Under the pieces are notes generated by a model. It did no database searches. It had not been told where the DNA came from and saw only the letters and a program-made list of their open reading frames with translations. Positions 27,471 through 39,700 of a DNA stretch of 64,000 nt are shown here, in pieces (position 1 is the first letter of the stretch; each line of letters starts with the position of its first letter). The stretch covers positions 32,001 through 96,000 of IMG/VR virus record IMGVR_UViG_3300028384_001275, one strand, 5' to 3'. The DNA is from a virus. The position numbers were made by a program, and so were the translations under genes.

Positions 27471-27970
27471 TGAAAAATCTCCTCTTCATCAGTCAAGATC
27501 GGGAAATGGCTCTCATACAAGAGTTAATTTACAAGATCAAAAAGTGGCAACCTGATTGGCACCCCTCTCGGACTTGCTTTTTGTGTGTATCGCCCGACTA
27601 TTCAAGCATTGTTACTCAACATTTGAGTCATGCTTTGACTGTTGATGGGGAGATTTTCAATATTGAAGCGGTAAACGTGCCGTTTCCTGATGAAAGTCAT
27701 ATGAATTATAAGGTTGACTTTGAAATCAACCTTCAGCAATGGAAACAAAAGTGGGAAAGCTTTGTCTTAATTGAAGCTGGAGTCATCAGAGGGGGCAACT
27801 ACACCTGGTTGACTGAGACAATGGAAGCAAATAGTGTCTCAGATTACGACACAGTTGCACTATGTGAGAATGTTAAGAGTAAATTCCAGTCTGATTTTGT
27901 TTCGCTTTACTACGATAACGATATTGACGATCTCCATTTCTGGTGGGAGCAGCCAAACAATCATTGGTAA
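27470..27970 (+). CDS. phosphoribosyltransferase-fold hypothetical protein
   Basis: FVLIEAGVIRGGNY resembles the PRPP-binding loop (VLIVDD...TG.T); C-terminal F.WE. Confidence 0.45.
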   Translation: MKNLLFISQDREMALIQELIYKIKKWQPDWHPSRTCFLCVSPDYSSIVTQHLSHALTVDGEIFNIEAVNVPFPDESHMNYKVDFEINLQQWKQKWESFVLIEAGVIRGGNYTWLTETMEANSVSDYDTVALCENVKSKFQSDFVSLYYDNDIDDLHFWWEQPNNHW

Positions 27971-28002
27971 CCCAATAAATAACTCAGAGAGTCATCATTA
28001 CT

Positions 28003-28158
28003 ATGGCAAACTCCCCTGTCCCAGACCAGTCTGAAGATTTCCTATCAAGAATGACACTTATCACTGACCCGAGGAGTGATAAATATCTCAAGCGAGTCAA
28101 AAAATCACTAGAGTCTGATAAATGTCAAGATACAGATTCCGATCAGAAAAATATGTAA
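28003..28158 (+). CDS. small hypothetical protein (51 aa; not in ORF track)
   Basis: ATAAATA at 27975-27981; MANSPVPDQSEDF...LITDPRSDKYL. Confidence 0.55.
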   Translation: MANSPVPDQSEDFLSRMTLITDPRSDKYLKRVKKSLESDKCQDTDSDQKNM

Positions 28159-28535
28159 GTAGAGGATACAAGGATTTTGCAATTTCTTTTGCACCCAATC
28201 CTTCTACTGAAGATTTTGGAGCTGTTAAAAATGCAAATGCAATTAAACAGTCCGTAAGGAATCTTTTACTTACTCGTTTTGGGGAGAGACCCTTCCAAGA
28301 AAATATTGGGTCGCGGATTAAGTCTCTATTATTTGAGCCATTTGATCCATTTTCTGTGGATGAAATGAAAATGGAGATAATTAATGTCCTCACACGTCTA
28401 GAACCGCGCATCGAAATATCTAGAATTGAGATTTTAGACGAAAGTGATGTAAATTCCGTAAAAATTGAGCTAGATTTCAACATCGTTGGTGAAGAATTAG
28501 TCCAAACTATCGACTTCCTCTTGGAAAGAACGTAA
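28122..28535 (+). CDS. gp25: baseplate wedge subunit
   Basis: YKD....F..NP.T.D...KN.NAIKQSVRNL.LT..GERPF...IGS.I..LLFE...EPRI. Confidence 0.92.
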   Translation: MSRYRFRSEKYVSRGYKDFAISFAPNPSTEDFGAVKNANAIKQSVRNLLLTRFGERPFQENIGSRIKSLLFEPFDPFSVDEMKMEIINVLTRLEPRIEISRIEILDESDVNSVKIELDFNIVGEELVQTIDFLLERT

Positions 28536-28536
28536 A

Positions 28537-30723
28537 ATGCCTGCAATTCCCTCACAATTAACGTCTTTAGACTTCTTTGAGATCAAAGAATCAATCAGAT
28601 CGTACTTGAGGACTCGTAAAGAGTTTACTGATTACGATTTTGAGGGAAGTGCTGCATCTTATTTGATTGATATCTTAGCATATAATACTTACTACACCGC
28701 ATTTAATGCCAACATGGCGCTGAATGAGGCATTTTTGGAGACTGCTACGGTTAGAGACAACATTGTCAAGCTAGCAAAACAGTTAAATTACACTCCTAGG
28801 TCGATTAAAGCTCCAAAGGGGTGTGTTAATTTGATTGTGCAGACCCAACAATCTATTAATGGTGCAACATTCCCCGAATTTGTCACTATGAAGGCGGGCG
28901 ATGTCTTTGTTGCTGATAATTCTACGGATAGTTTTACCTTTGCTTTGATGAGAGATATCAAAGTTCCCGTAGAATCGGGCACTGGTAAGGCATATTTTAA
29001 CAATGTCACCATTTATCAAGGCAATCGACTCCATTACAACTATACAGTTGATTATACGAAGAATCAAGAATTCATTATTCCCGATGAAAACGTCGATACT
29101 GAGCTTTTAGTAGTCTCAATTTCTCCAAATGCACAATCTTCAGAGAAAGATGCTTATAATTTGGCGGCAAATGTGACTACTCTCGATTCAAATTCGCGAA
29201 TTTACTATCTTGAAGAAGCAGAAGACCTTAGATATCGTCTAGTTTTCGGTGATGGTGTTATTGGACGCAAATTAATTGATGGAGAATACATCACAATTAC
29301 ATATTTGTCCACAGAAGGCGTTGAAGCTAACGGAGCAAGTGATTTTTCATTCATTGGACAAGTCGTAGACAGTGATAATCGAGTTATTGCCCCAAATAAG
29401 ATTTCTACAGAGACAAAGGACAAGGCACAGCAAGGAGAAAATCCCGAATCTGCATTATCAGTTAAGATGAATGCTCCTAGAGCATATGCAGCTCAAAATA
29501 GGGCAGTTACTGAGTCTGATTATGAAACCATCACTGCTCAGATCTATCCCCAGGCTGCGTCTGTAACCGCCTATGGGGGCGAGAAACTGACTCCTCCTGT
29601 ATATGGCAAGGTCTTCATTGCAATTCGCCCCAAAACTGGCACAAAGCTAAATGCATCGACTAAAAAGTCGATTGAGAATGATTTGAAAAAATATACAGTT
29701 GCATCAATTCTTCCTGAAGTAATTGATCCCACTACTTACTACATCATTCCAAAAACTTATGCATATTATGACGGTAATGCAACTAATCAAACAGGATCTG
29801 AAATTGGCACATCAATCCTGCAAAACATAGACAAGTTTAACAGGGATGGTCAGCAGAATCGTTTTGGTGGTCGTATTGATGGATCTAATTTTGGATCAAT
29901 GATTGATAATAGTGATACTGCAGTTAGGGGTAATGTCACTCAAATGACAGTTGGTCAAAACCTTGATCAATTTACATTTGGAAATGTTTTTACTCAGTGC
30001 CTTAACTATGGAAATCCACTTTCAGATCCAGGTAAATATTCTGGCACCCCAGATGGCAGTAATAACGGCGACGGCAATGGTGATGGAGATGGTAATAATG
30101 GAAATGGTGATGGAAATGGTGATGGTGATGGTGATAATGGAAATGGTGATGGTAACGGCGGTGATGGTAAATGTAAGCCTTCATTCTCGACAGTTAAGTC
30201 GGGCACTTTTTACGCAACAGGGTATACCGAGCAACTGGCAAACCTTGCTGCAGACGGAAGTGGTGTAGCACCAACTCTTGTCGATTCTGCATTTACATCG
30301 GGCGATACTACTGAAACTCTTGTCCCTGTAAATATTAGAGATGACGGTCAAGGAAACCTGATGTTGGTGACACTCAGAGACGAATCTGAAGTTGTCCTGA
30401 ATCCTACGGTAGGTACAGTTGATTATGCTAATGGTGTTGTTTGCGTAGGACCACTTGCAATTTCTGGCACACCCGATGATACTGAAAGGGTGCCTATTCA
30501 AGTCGTCCCATTTGGTGGATCTATTACTATTCCACCTGGTGTTGACCCCACTATCTTTAATCCTACGGTCAATCCAATCAACTTTAGAATTGAAGATATT
30601 TCAATCCCCAACTTCGATCCCAATAACTTTAGTGGTTATAACTACGGTGATGTGGGGGGTATAAATATCATTGATTATCCAACGGATAACTTCACATATC
30701 CAGTATCGGACTCTTGTTTCTGA
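28537..30723 (+). CDS. gp6: baseplate wedge subunit
   Basis: LDF.EIK..I..YL.....FTDYDFEGS....LID.LAYNTYY; QNRAVT..DY; PP.YGKVFI.I.P. Confidence 0.93.
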   Translation: MPAIPSQLTSLDFFEIKESIRSYLRTRKEFTDYDFEGSAASYLIDILAYNTYYTAFNANMALNEAFLETATVRDNIVKLAKQLNYTPRSIKAPKGCVNLIVQTQQSINGATFPEFVTMKAGDVFVADNSTDSFTFALMRDIKVPVESGTGKAYFNNVTIYQGNRLHYNYTVDYTKNQEFIIPDENVDTELLVVSISPNAQSSEKDAYNLAANVTTLDSNSRIYYLEEAEDLRYRLVFGDGVIGRKLIDGEYITITYLSTEGVEANGASDFSFIGQVVDSDNRVIAPNKISTETKDKAQQGENPESALSVKMNAPRAYAAQNRAVTESDYETITAQIYPQAASVTAYGGEKLTPPVYGKVFIAIRPKTGTKLNASTKKSIENDLKKYTVASILPEVIDPTTYYIIPKTYAYYDGNATNQTGSEIGTSILQNIDKFNRDGQQNRFGGRIDGSNFGSMIDNSDTAVRGNVTQMTVGQNLDQFTFGNVFTQCLNYGNPLSDPGKYSGTPDGSNNGDGNGDGDGNNGNGDGNGDGDGDNGNGDGNGGDGKCKPSFSTVKSGTFYATGYTEQLANLAADGSGVAPTLVDSAFTSGDTTETLVPVNIRDDGQGNLMLVTLRDESEVVLNPTVGTVDYANGVVCVGPLAISGTPDDTERVPIQVVPFGGSITIPPGVDPTIFNPTVNPINFRIEDISIPNFDPNNFSGYNYGDVGGINIIDYPTDNFTYPVSDSCF
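30052..30168 (+). repeat. low-complexity (G-D/N) repeat inside gp6
   Basis: GGT(G/A)AT-type hexamer repeats encoding DGSNNGDGNGDGDGNNGNGDGNGDGDGDNGNGDGNGGDG. Confidence 0.85.
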
Positions 30724-30728
30724 GATAG

Positions 30729-33700
30729 ATGCCTAAACAGAATATTAACGTATCGGACAGAGTTGAAAATCAACTTCCTGAATTTATTCGGGAAGAAGAT
30801 ACTCAGCTTGTAAACTTCCTTTTTCAATACTACAAGTCTCAGGAAAAAACAGGTCGTCCTTATGACATCCTGAATAACTTACTGAATTATCTCGACCTGG
30901 ATGCATATAGCACCCGAGAGTTGACAGGTAGCACTGAGCTCCTGAATGATATTGATACTGCGAATACTAAAATTGAAATCGAGTCAATCGATGGATTCCG
31001 TGATAAAAACGGATCGATCATGATTGATAATGAGGTGATCTACTACGAGACGGTCACCCGTGGTCCTGATGCGATTATTACTCCTGGACTATCTTATCCA
31101 CAATTCAAAAAGAAAGAGCAGCAACTAGAGAATCCATTTCCTCTGTTTGATGGGACTCGGACTGCATTCCCTCTTTCCTTTCTCGGCACCCCTGTAACAC
31201 CCCCTTCCGCCGAGCACCTGATTGTTATTGCATATAATCAGTTAATGATCCCTGGTGTTGATTACACCCTTGATAATAGCACTATTAATTTCACATCTGC
31301 TCCTAGAGCAAGGACTGGTGCGGATAACTCTGACTTCACACAGTTTACTTATCTGGTAGGTTACGCTGATCAGACTATTAAGACACTCGATACTGTCGAT
31401 GGTAGTGTTTATAATGGCAAAAAAGAATATCCATTAAAATTTAATACTGAAAATTATAGTCCAACATCAGAGAGTGGTCTTCTTGTCAATAAGAATGGCA
31501 GACTTCTCACACCATATGAAGATTATACTATCTTCTACGATAAGCTGATCTTTGATAATCCTGTAAGTGGATCAGACGCTATTCATATCAGATCTGTTGA
31601 ATATATTGCTCCTTCCTATGGATCTGGTGCTGTTGGTATTGTAGAAGTTGATGATTCTGGAAGTGTATCTAAAATTAGATCTAAGGTTGGTGGATCTGGT
31701 TATCGTTTGGATTTTAATCCAAAAGTTTCTATTCAATCAAATACTGGTAGAGGAGCAACCGCTCGATCTCTTGTCGGTGGTGTTAAAAACATTAATCTAA
31801 TTGATGGTGGACAAGGATACACTTCATATAACCCACCCATCCCCATAGTAGCACGACCATCTTCTGCTAACGGCAGTCCAGCTAAGTTGTCACTAACAGT
31901 CGATGATGAGACTGGTCAAGTTTCAGAGATTTCCCTTGACAATAGTGGTAGTGGATATGAATTTATTCCAGCTATTACGTTTGTTAACCCTGGTGGGGCA
32001 AAAATTTCTGGAGCTACTATTGACTCTGAAGGTCGTCTAAACCAAGGCAGTATCGTTGTCGATAATGGTGGACTTAATTATACCAATCCTCCAATGGTAT
32101 ACATTGATCCCGCTCCTATTGGTGGTATTGATGCGAAAGCAACTGCTCGTATTAATCAAGAATCTCAAGTTTATGAGATTCTGATTACCAATCGTGGTAG
32201 AGGTTACACCACTGCGCCCAGAGTTGCGATTATTGATCCTGTTGGTGCCCAGGTCCTTGATGTTACTGTAGCATCTGGATCAGTAACCAATATTGAAATG
32301 TTGACAGGTGGTAGTGGTTACACCGATGCACCTTCGGTGTATATTGTTGACGATAGAAAAGACTCTGCAGGTGTATCTATTGGTGGCACAGGCGCTACAG
32401 CAGTTGCAACTATCTTCAACGGCGAAATTACCGATATTAACATTACCAATTTCGGTCAAGGATATTCTACTACAGAACCTCCTAAGATTTTTATTGCAGA
32501 ACCTAAAGCAGCACGAGCATCGCTTGAAGTTGGATTTGGTGAGGTAACAGGTTACGATATTATTGAGAGTGGTGCAGGATATACACCTTCAGCATTTGAA
32601 GGATGCTCTAGAGGAGTGTCTGGTGCTGTCAGGTTTGATAATTTTAATAATGAGATTTATGCTAAGGAAGATCAGCTGAGACAATCCAGTCATAATGAAG
32701 GAGCGACTGTTGTTTCTCTGGATTCTCTGTTTATTAAACAAGTTTTTGATAAGTTTAGACGACAGTATCTGCCAACTATTGAGATTGATTATACCAAGAT
32801 CAATCCAATTCAGGTTATTAAAAATATCAGTGACTTCTATGCATCGAAGGGCACCGAGCTCGCTACACAGTATCTGTTTAAGATCCTATTCGGTGAAGAT
32901 GTTTCCCTTTACTATCCTAGAGATGAGATTATTAGTCCTTCTGCAGCAACTTGGGTTGTCGATACTGTCCTCCGTGCTCAACTGATTGAAGGTGACCCCA
33001 ACAATCTGATTGACTCTCAAGTTAATCAGTATGCCGATGCAGTTGATCAGAATATCAAGGCAGCAAATGCTCTAATTGAGAATGTCATCACAATCATTGA
33101 GGGCACCGATACCATTTATGAATTGGCAATCTCAGAGGAAACTCTTGAAGGTGAATTTAAGATTCCTTATAAAACAACTCTGGTTGAGCCTCTGACAACA
33201 GATGGTCAGATTATTACTGTTGACTCTACAATCGGATGGCCAGAAAGAAACGGCACTATTCGTATTAATGATGAAGAAGTTGTCCAGTATAAAGAGAAGT
33301 CTCTCAATCAATTTATCGAATGCACCAGATCTAAGAATGGTGTAGTTGAGGATTGGGATCCTGGCACCACTATCACATCAGATATCTACATCTATGTGAA
33401 TAGAGGTACAGCACAGGAATGTAAGTTAAGAATTCTCGGTATTGCTGAAGCTGGTACTACAGTACTGGATGACACTGGATCATATTATATCCCTGGTGAT
33501 AAACTAAAGGTTGCAAACCTCGGATCTACTGCAGTAGAAGAGCGTCTATCTTCTTGGTTGTATAACGTTAAAAAACTGATTTCAGTTACTTCTATTACAC
33601 CTGGTGGTATTAATAATCAGACTGCAACTGTAGTTTGCAGGAATCCTCATGGATTGTTGGTATCTGATCAGGTGACTGTTTATGGCGCTAACCCCGTTGT

Positions 33701-36700
33701 ATATAACGGCACGTTTACAGTCACTTCTCGTATTGATGATTTCACATTTTCTTATCAGATTGCAACTGGCACCGAGCTAATCCCTCAGGGAAATATCCTT
33801 TTGTCGGTTGACCTGAATAGAGGTAAGTCTGATATTGCTTCTATTAATAAGGTTATCAGTGAGTTTACGACTAATATCCAAAACTCTTTCTTTAATGATC
33901 AATACGTTTATGTAGCTGCATCTGGTCTACCCAACTATAAGATTGGTCCTTTCACTGGATCGGCATTGATCCCTGGCAACCAACGTAAACTGCTTAGATT
34001 CCCCAGAAACGTCGAGACTATCTCTGAGCGTAAGAATATTAAAGAAAACTCTCCAATCGGTGCATGGGTCAATGGTGTTTCTATTTGGTCTTACAAGTCT
34101 ATTGAGTCTGTCCAGTTTGGTCCTCTGACTTCCATCTCGGTTACTTCACCTGGTGAAGGTTATGATGCTGGTGCCAAACCAAACCTTGAGATCAATGGTG
34201 GTGGTGGAAGTGGCGCAGTAGCCTCGGTTGTAGTTGATGGTAGTCTTATAGGATTCTCAGTTACTGCTAGTGGTAGTGGATATACCGAGTCACCTCTAGT
34301 TTCCATTGTTGGTGGTGGCGGTAGTGGTGCAACTGCACAAGCTGTTATCACTGGTGGACGTGTTACTAGAATTTTGGTTGAGCAACCAGGTAGTGGATAT
34401 ACTTCCCAACCATCTGTTTCTATTACTGGTGGGGGCGGCACAGGTGCAGAAGCAACTGCACAAGTCCGTGGTCCTATTTCTAAAGTCAACGTTACCAACT
34501 TTGGTAGTGGATATACATCACTACCTGAAGTTAAAGTTAACTCTGGTGAAGGTGCTCTGGCACAACCCATCGTTATTAATGGTCGTATCGTTTCGATCGC
34601 TATTATTAACTCTGGTCAAAAGTATACCAGTGCTCCCAATGTCATCATCAATGGTGATGGTTTCGGTGCTATTGCACAAGCAACTATTGGCACAACTGGT
34701 GAAGACAAGGGTCGTGTCCTTTCTATCCAAATCACCAACAAAGGTATTGGTTACACCCAAGGCAATACTACAGTCCGTCTGGAATCTGTTGGTCAACTGG
34801 CAACTTTTGAGGCTCAGGTCTTTAAGTGGAATAAAAACCTTCAGTATGACTTGAGTGCAAAGTATGATAATGCAAGAGGTTACGTCTTTACTGGATACAA
34901 CAACCAGTTTGGTGGTGAATATGCTCACTTGAGCGATCCCAAAGAATTGCGTTATGTGGTAGGCGATAATGTTTTCCTCGACCCTGTTACACAAAGATTC
35001 CAGGAGCTAGAATCCAACTACAGACACTCCCCAATTCTGGGTTGGGCATTTGATGGTAACCCCATCTATGGTCCTTATGGTTACATCGATCCCACTGACC
35101 AAAATAGTGGTATCAGAAGACTTCGCACTTCATACAAGCTGAAAGATAATGTTGTATATGACGAGGATACTAATCCAAATCCCGCTCGTGAAGATGGTCC
35201 TTCTCTGACCACTTATCCAGCAGGCACCTTTGTTACTGACTACACTTATGACTTCCAGTCTGGTGATCTTGACAACTATAATGGTCGTTTCTGTAAGACG
35301 CCCGATTATCCAGACGGCACTTATGCTTACTTCATCACGATTGATGCATCTGATGCAGGTATTGCTGAATTCCCATATATTATTGGACCTCAGTTTAACT
35401 CACTACCCGATGAATGGAATTTCTCACAGACTGCAACTCAGGAAAATATCCCTGCAGGGGTTGTAAGATATAGAGATCCTTACGTTGACGTTGATATTGA
35501 TATCGATCGTCAACCTAACCAGGAAGCAGATGTCCTGACAACTGAGCTTGAAGGTTGGCCAATCATTTTTGAAATTCAAGATAGCAATAATGATGGCATT
35601 ATTGATGCAAATGAGCAACAAGAAATCTTGGAGATGTCAGAAGAGGCAACTCTGCAGATTTATGATTACTTCCCCCAAGTCTCCGAAGAGTCTCGTGTTG
35701 ATATTGAAGTTGAAACTACTACTCAATTTGAAAATGCACAAATTGATGGTTTTGTGATTGAAAACCCTGGTAAATCCTACCAGGTCAACGATACTGTCTT
35801 CTTTAATAATGAAGGGACTGGTGGATTTGGTGCATCGGCATTTATTGAGTCGGTTAAAGGTCAAAAGATTAGTGCATACACCAAAGAGATCATTAATGAC
35901 CGCCCCTATGGTGTAATTACTACTGAGACAGATCATGAGTTGAGACAACAAGACGAAATTATTGTCAACTCTCGCCCAATTACCGATAATACAAGTAAAA
36001 CCTTCAAAGTTAAGGTTGTCTCGGGTATTGAAGGTATTACGATCAATCAATCTGGCACAGGATACAACTCTGACATTCCTCCTACCTTTGAATTGATCAC
36101 TTCTGCTGGTCAAGATGCCCAGCTAGAGTTGAAACTGGAGAATACTGGTCAGGTTAACGAAGTTAATATCATCAACTCTGGTAATGGTTACGATTCTGAT
36201 AATCCCCCTCAGATTCGTATTTCACATCCTCAGCAATATAAGAAAACTCGCTATTGGGTATCCGAATTAAATGAATCTGCTGGTAATGTAGTTGTTTTAG
36301 ACACTCAAACAACTGATGATCGTCGGACATATGTCTGCGGATATGTAACTGAAGCAGATGGAGACCAGTCTGGATTCCTTGCAAAATTTGATGACTTGGG
36401 TCAGTTGGTTTGGAAGCGCACATTGCTTCCTCAAAACACTGGTGTCAAAAAAGCAGAATTTGTCAAGATGTATATCAATTCTGCTCCAGAAAACGACCTC
36501 ATTTATGTTGCAGGCCAAACATATGACCCATCAAACACCACTTATAACCCAGATGTTTGGATTGGTCTTTATGAGTCTGGATTTAACAATGCAAATGATC
36601 CTGATGGCATTCTGAAGTGGCAAAAATCGATTGCTGGTATCTCTGGTAGCACTAGAAGAGATTATATCACCACAATTACTCTGGACCAAGAGCAACGTAT

Positions 36701-39700
36701 TTATTTGGGTGGTTATACCGACTCCAACTCACCCGATCCCAATGATATGTGGATCATTCAGTGTGATATTGAAGGTAATCTGGTTGAGAAGAGAAAAATC
36801 GCGTCTGAAGACGGATCTGAAGAGCTTATGCAGCTCGAATGGATTGCAGATGACAGATTCTTCTTCGTTGGCGTTAATCAAGAAAATGATGACTGCATTT
36901 TTGGCGTATTCTTCTTCGATGGTGCAAATCTGGAGATCGATTACATCAGACAGATTCCTACTGTTGGTGGTTATGTAAGAAATCCTCGTTTTGTTATTGA
37001 TGGGTATGATGATGTTGTTCTGGTGTGGGATATTTACAATAATGCTGCATCCAAGCAAGATAAGATTCAGGTCAATAAGTTTGCTGTTTCTACAGCACAA
37101 ACCGCATGGGAATGGAGTAAGTCTTTAACAATTACAGGTGATTTTATTTCTATTAGTCATGCTGGAGTCAGCGTAGACGTATTTGGTAATTATACGATTG
37201 TTTCTGACATCGTAGAGTCCGAAAACTCTCGCTATAGCATGATTACTTACATGAAGTATGATGGCACCATTATTAAAGAATCTAAGATTGTAGATACTGA
37301 CAATATTGGTTTTGAAGTAAAAGCACATAGTGTTGATAACTCTGGCGACCCAATTTTGGCTGTTGATCGTCGTAAAGCAGATCAACTTGCTGCATATAGA
37401 TTCGATACTACCGATACAATCAATGATGATGTCACAAAACGTGATTTGGGCACGTTTGTTTATTTTGATGCTGACGAAACATCCCTCGACACGGCAATTT
37501 ACAAATTTGGCACCTCTTCTCTTAAATTGAATGATGTAGCACCAGTTAGTATCACTGGATTTGCACAGACAACTCAAGAGTGGAGTTTGCGTGGTTGGTT
37601 TGCAATGAATACCACAGCTCATGGCACAGATCATAAGCCTGTGCTATTTGCAGTAGACCCTGTAAGTGGTAGTAATGCTTATATGGTCCTAGATGGTGAT
37701 TCTTCATCTGCAGACTATGGTAAGGCATTGATTTTCATCAATAATGCCCAAGTTGCTTCTTCTACCTCTACAACTAACTGGACAACCTTTGCATCTGCTG
37801 CATGGGTCCATGTGACCTTCCAGAAGCGTCTGGAATCCCTGGGTCTGTATCAGTATGAAGTTTATATCAACGGTAACCTAATTACTAATTTCCAGTCCAC
37901 AACTGACATTGGTCTTGATGATGTAGTCTTGGGTGGTCCTATTTCCAGTCCCACCACTGCTAATTCTTTCCGTGGTCATATTGACGATATTGTGGTAGAT
38001 GACGATGCACCATATACTTCAACTTATACCATTCCTACCGCATATATTCCTGTTACAGATTCGGTTTCAGATATTGCTCTAATTAAATTTGATCGGAATC
38101 ATACAAAGCGTAATGATTCCTATACAATGACTGGTCTTGATAACTGGTCCACTTTTGCAATGCAAGCAAGTGAGGCAGCAACTGTTTGGACCTCTCTTAA
38201 TCAGTCTGCAATTAGTGTTTGGGAAATTGGACCTGGTGGTCTGCAGATTTTGGACATGTCTCAAACTTCTGCCAACCTCCAACCTGCAACTTACACATTT
38301 AGTGATGAAAAATTTGAATATGCAACTAGAACATCGACAATTCCTTCGCCTCTGGGCAAGCAGATGTCGATTGAGGCAAATGTCATCAGTAAATTCTATC
38401 TGCGTGATGCACTATATCAGAAGATTGACAATGTTAAGGAATTTACCTTTAACCAGAATGTAAAACTGACCAAAGGCAGTATTCTACAGCAGTTTAACTC
38501 TGCTGGAATTACCCAAGCCTATGGCACTATTGTCGAAGTGCCTGTAGGCACTCTTACCAATCCTGGATTTGGCACTAAGTATAAGATTGGTAAAATCTTT
38601 GGCAACTTCAATAATGATAATAGATTCCGTACAACTGCCAATGATGTCAATCAAATAACAGGGGAATATTTCAAAACTGAAGAAGAGGAATCTCCTTGGC
38701 AAGCATCTACTGCATATGCTGCAGGAGATCGAGTATATAATGCTAAGAGAATTTACGAAGCACAAGGAGCTGGCACTTCTGGCACTATTGCCCCAGTCCA
38801 TACTGCAGGTGCAGCATCTGATGGTGTTATTAACTGGTCTCTAGTTGCTGATGCTGGATCATTCGATATTGATTTAACACAACATCCATATCCCAGACCC
38901 CAATACTTAGGTTTGGATATGCCTGAGTGGCAACCACATATCCTGTATGCAGTTGGGCAAAAAGTTTGGTATCGTCTTAATGTTTATGAAGTAGCCCCAT
39001 CTGGTGGTGGCGTTACTACCACCACACCACCCACTCATACTACTGGTGATGTTTCTGATGGCACTGTAACATGGAGATTTGTCTCCACAAGCGAAGCTAT
39101 CAGTGCTAAGGCTCGCCTTATGGCATACGATCAGGGCAACAACTACACAGTTGAGATCGTTAAAGTGCATCCTGGATCCACGTTTATCCCTGGAGATGTA
39201 GTTTCTCTGAATTCAAATAATATTGATCTTGCCGATGATGAAAAGAGTGTAACTATTTCTGGATTTGCGTCTGTCAAGGAAATCAAGGTTACTGCACGTC
39301 TTGAAAAAGATATTCTTCGCACCACTGAGGCAAGGACTAATCTGGTGTATTGCACCTCCAATAGTCCACATTACTTCAAAGAAGATGAAATTATCTTCAG
39401 CGAAGGATTCCAAGGAGATCAATTCAATGGATCTTTCTTTGTTGATCAAGTTATTGGATCTAGAGAATTTACTTTTGCTATCCGTGCTACTGCAGTAAGT
39501 GATCCTGCTTTTGAGCAAAATGCTATTGCAAGAGTCAACATTTATGGCAAACACCCAACGTTGGAATTTACTAGAGATCATCAATATGTCTTCGATGTAT
39601 CTGATCCTTCTAACTTTGGATATTATCTCTCCTTCTCCCAGGATAACCAATTCAAGTTGGAGTATTCCTTCAATAATATTACTAGAGAGGGCACCCCAGG

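Noticed and set aside
30002-30184. Poly-His ORF on the minus strand
   Set aside because: It is the antisense reading of the GGT-GAT/AAT repeat in gp6.
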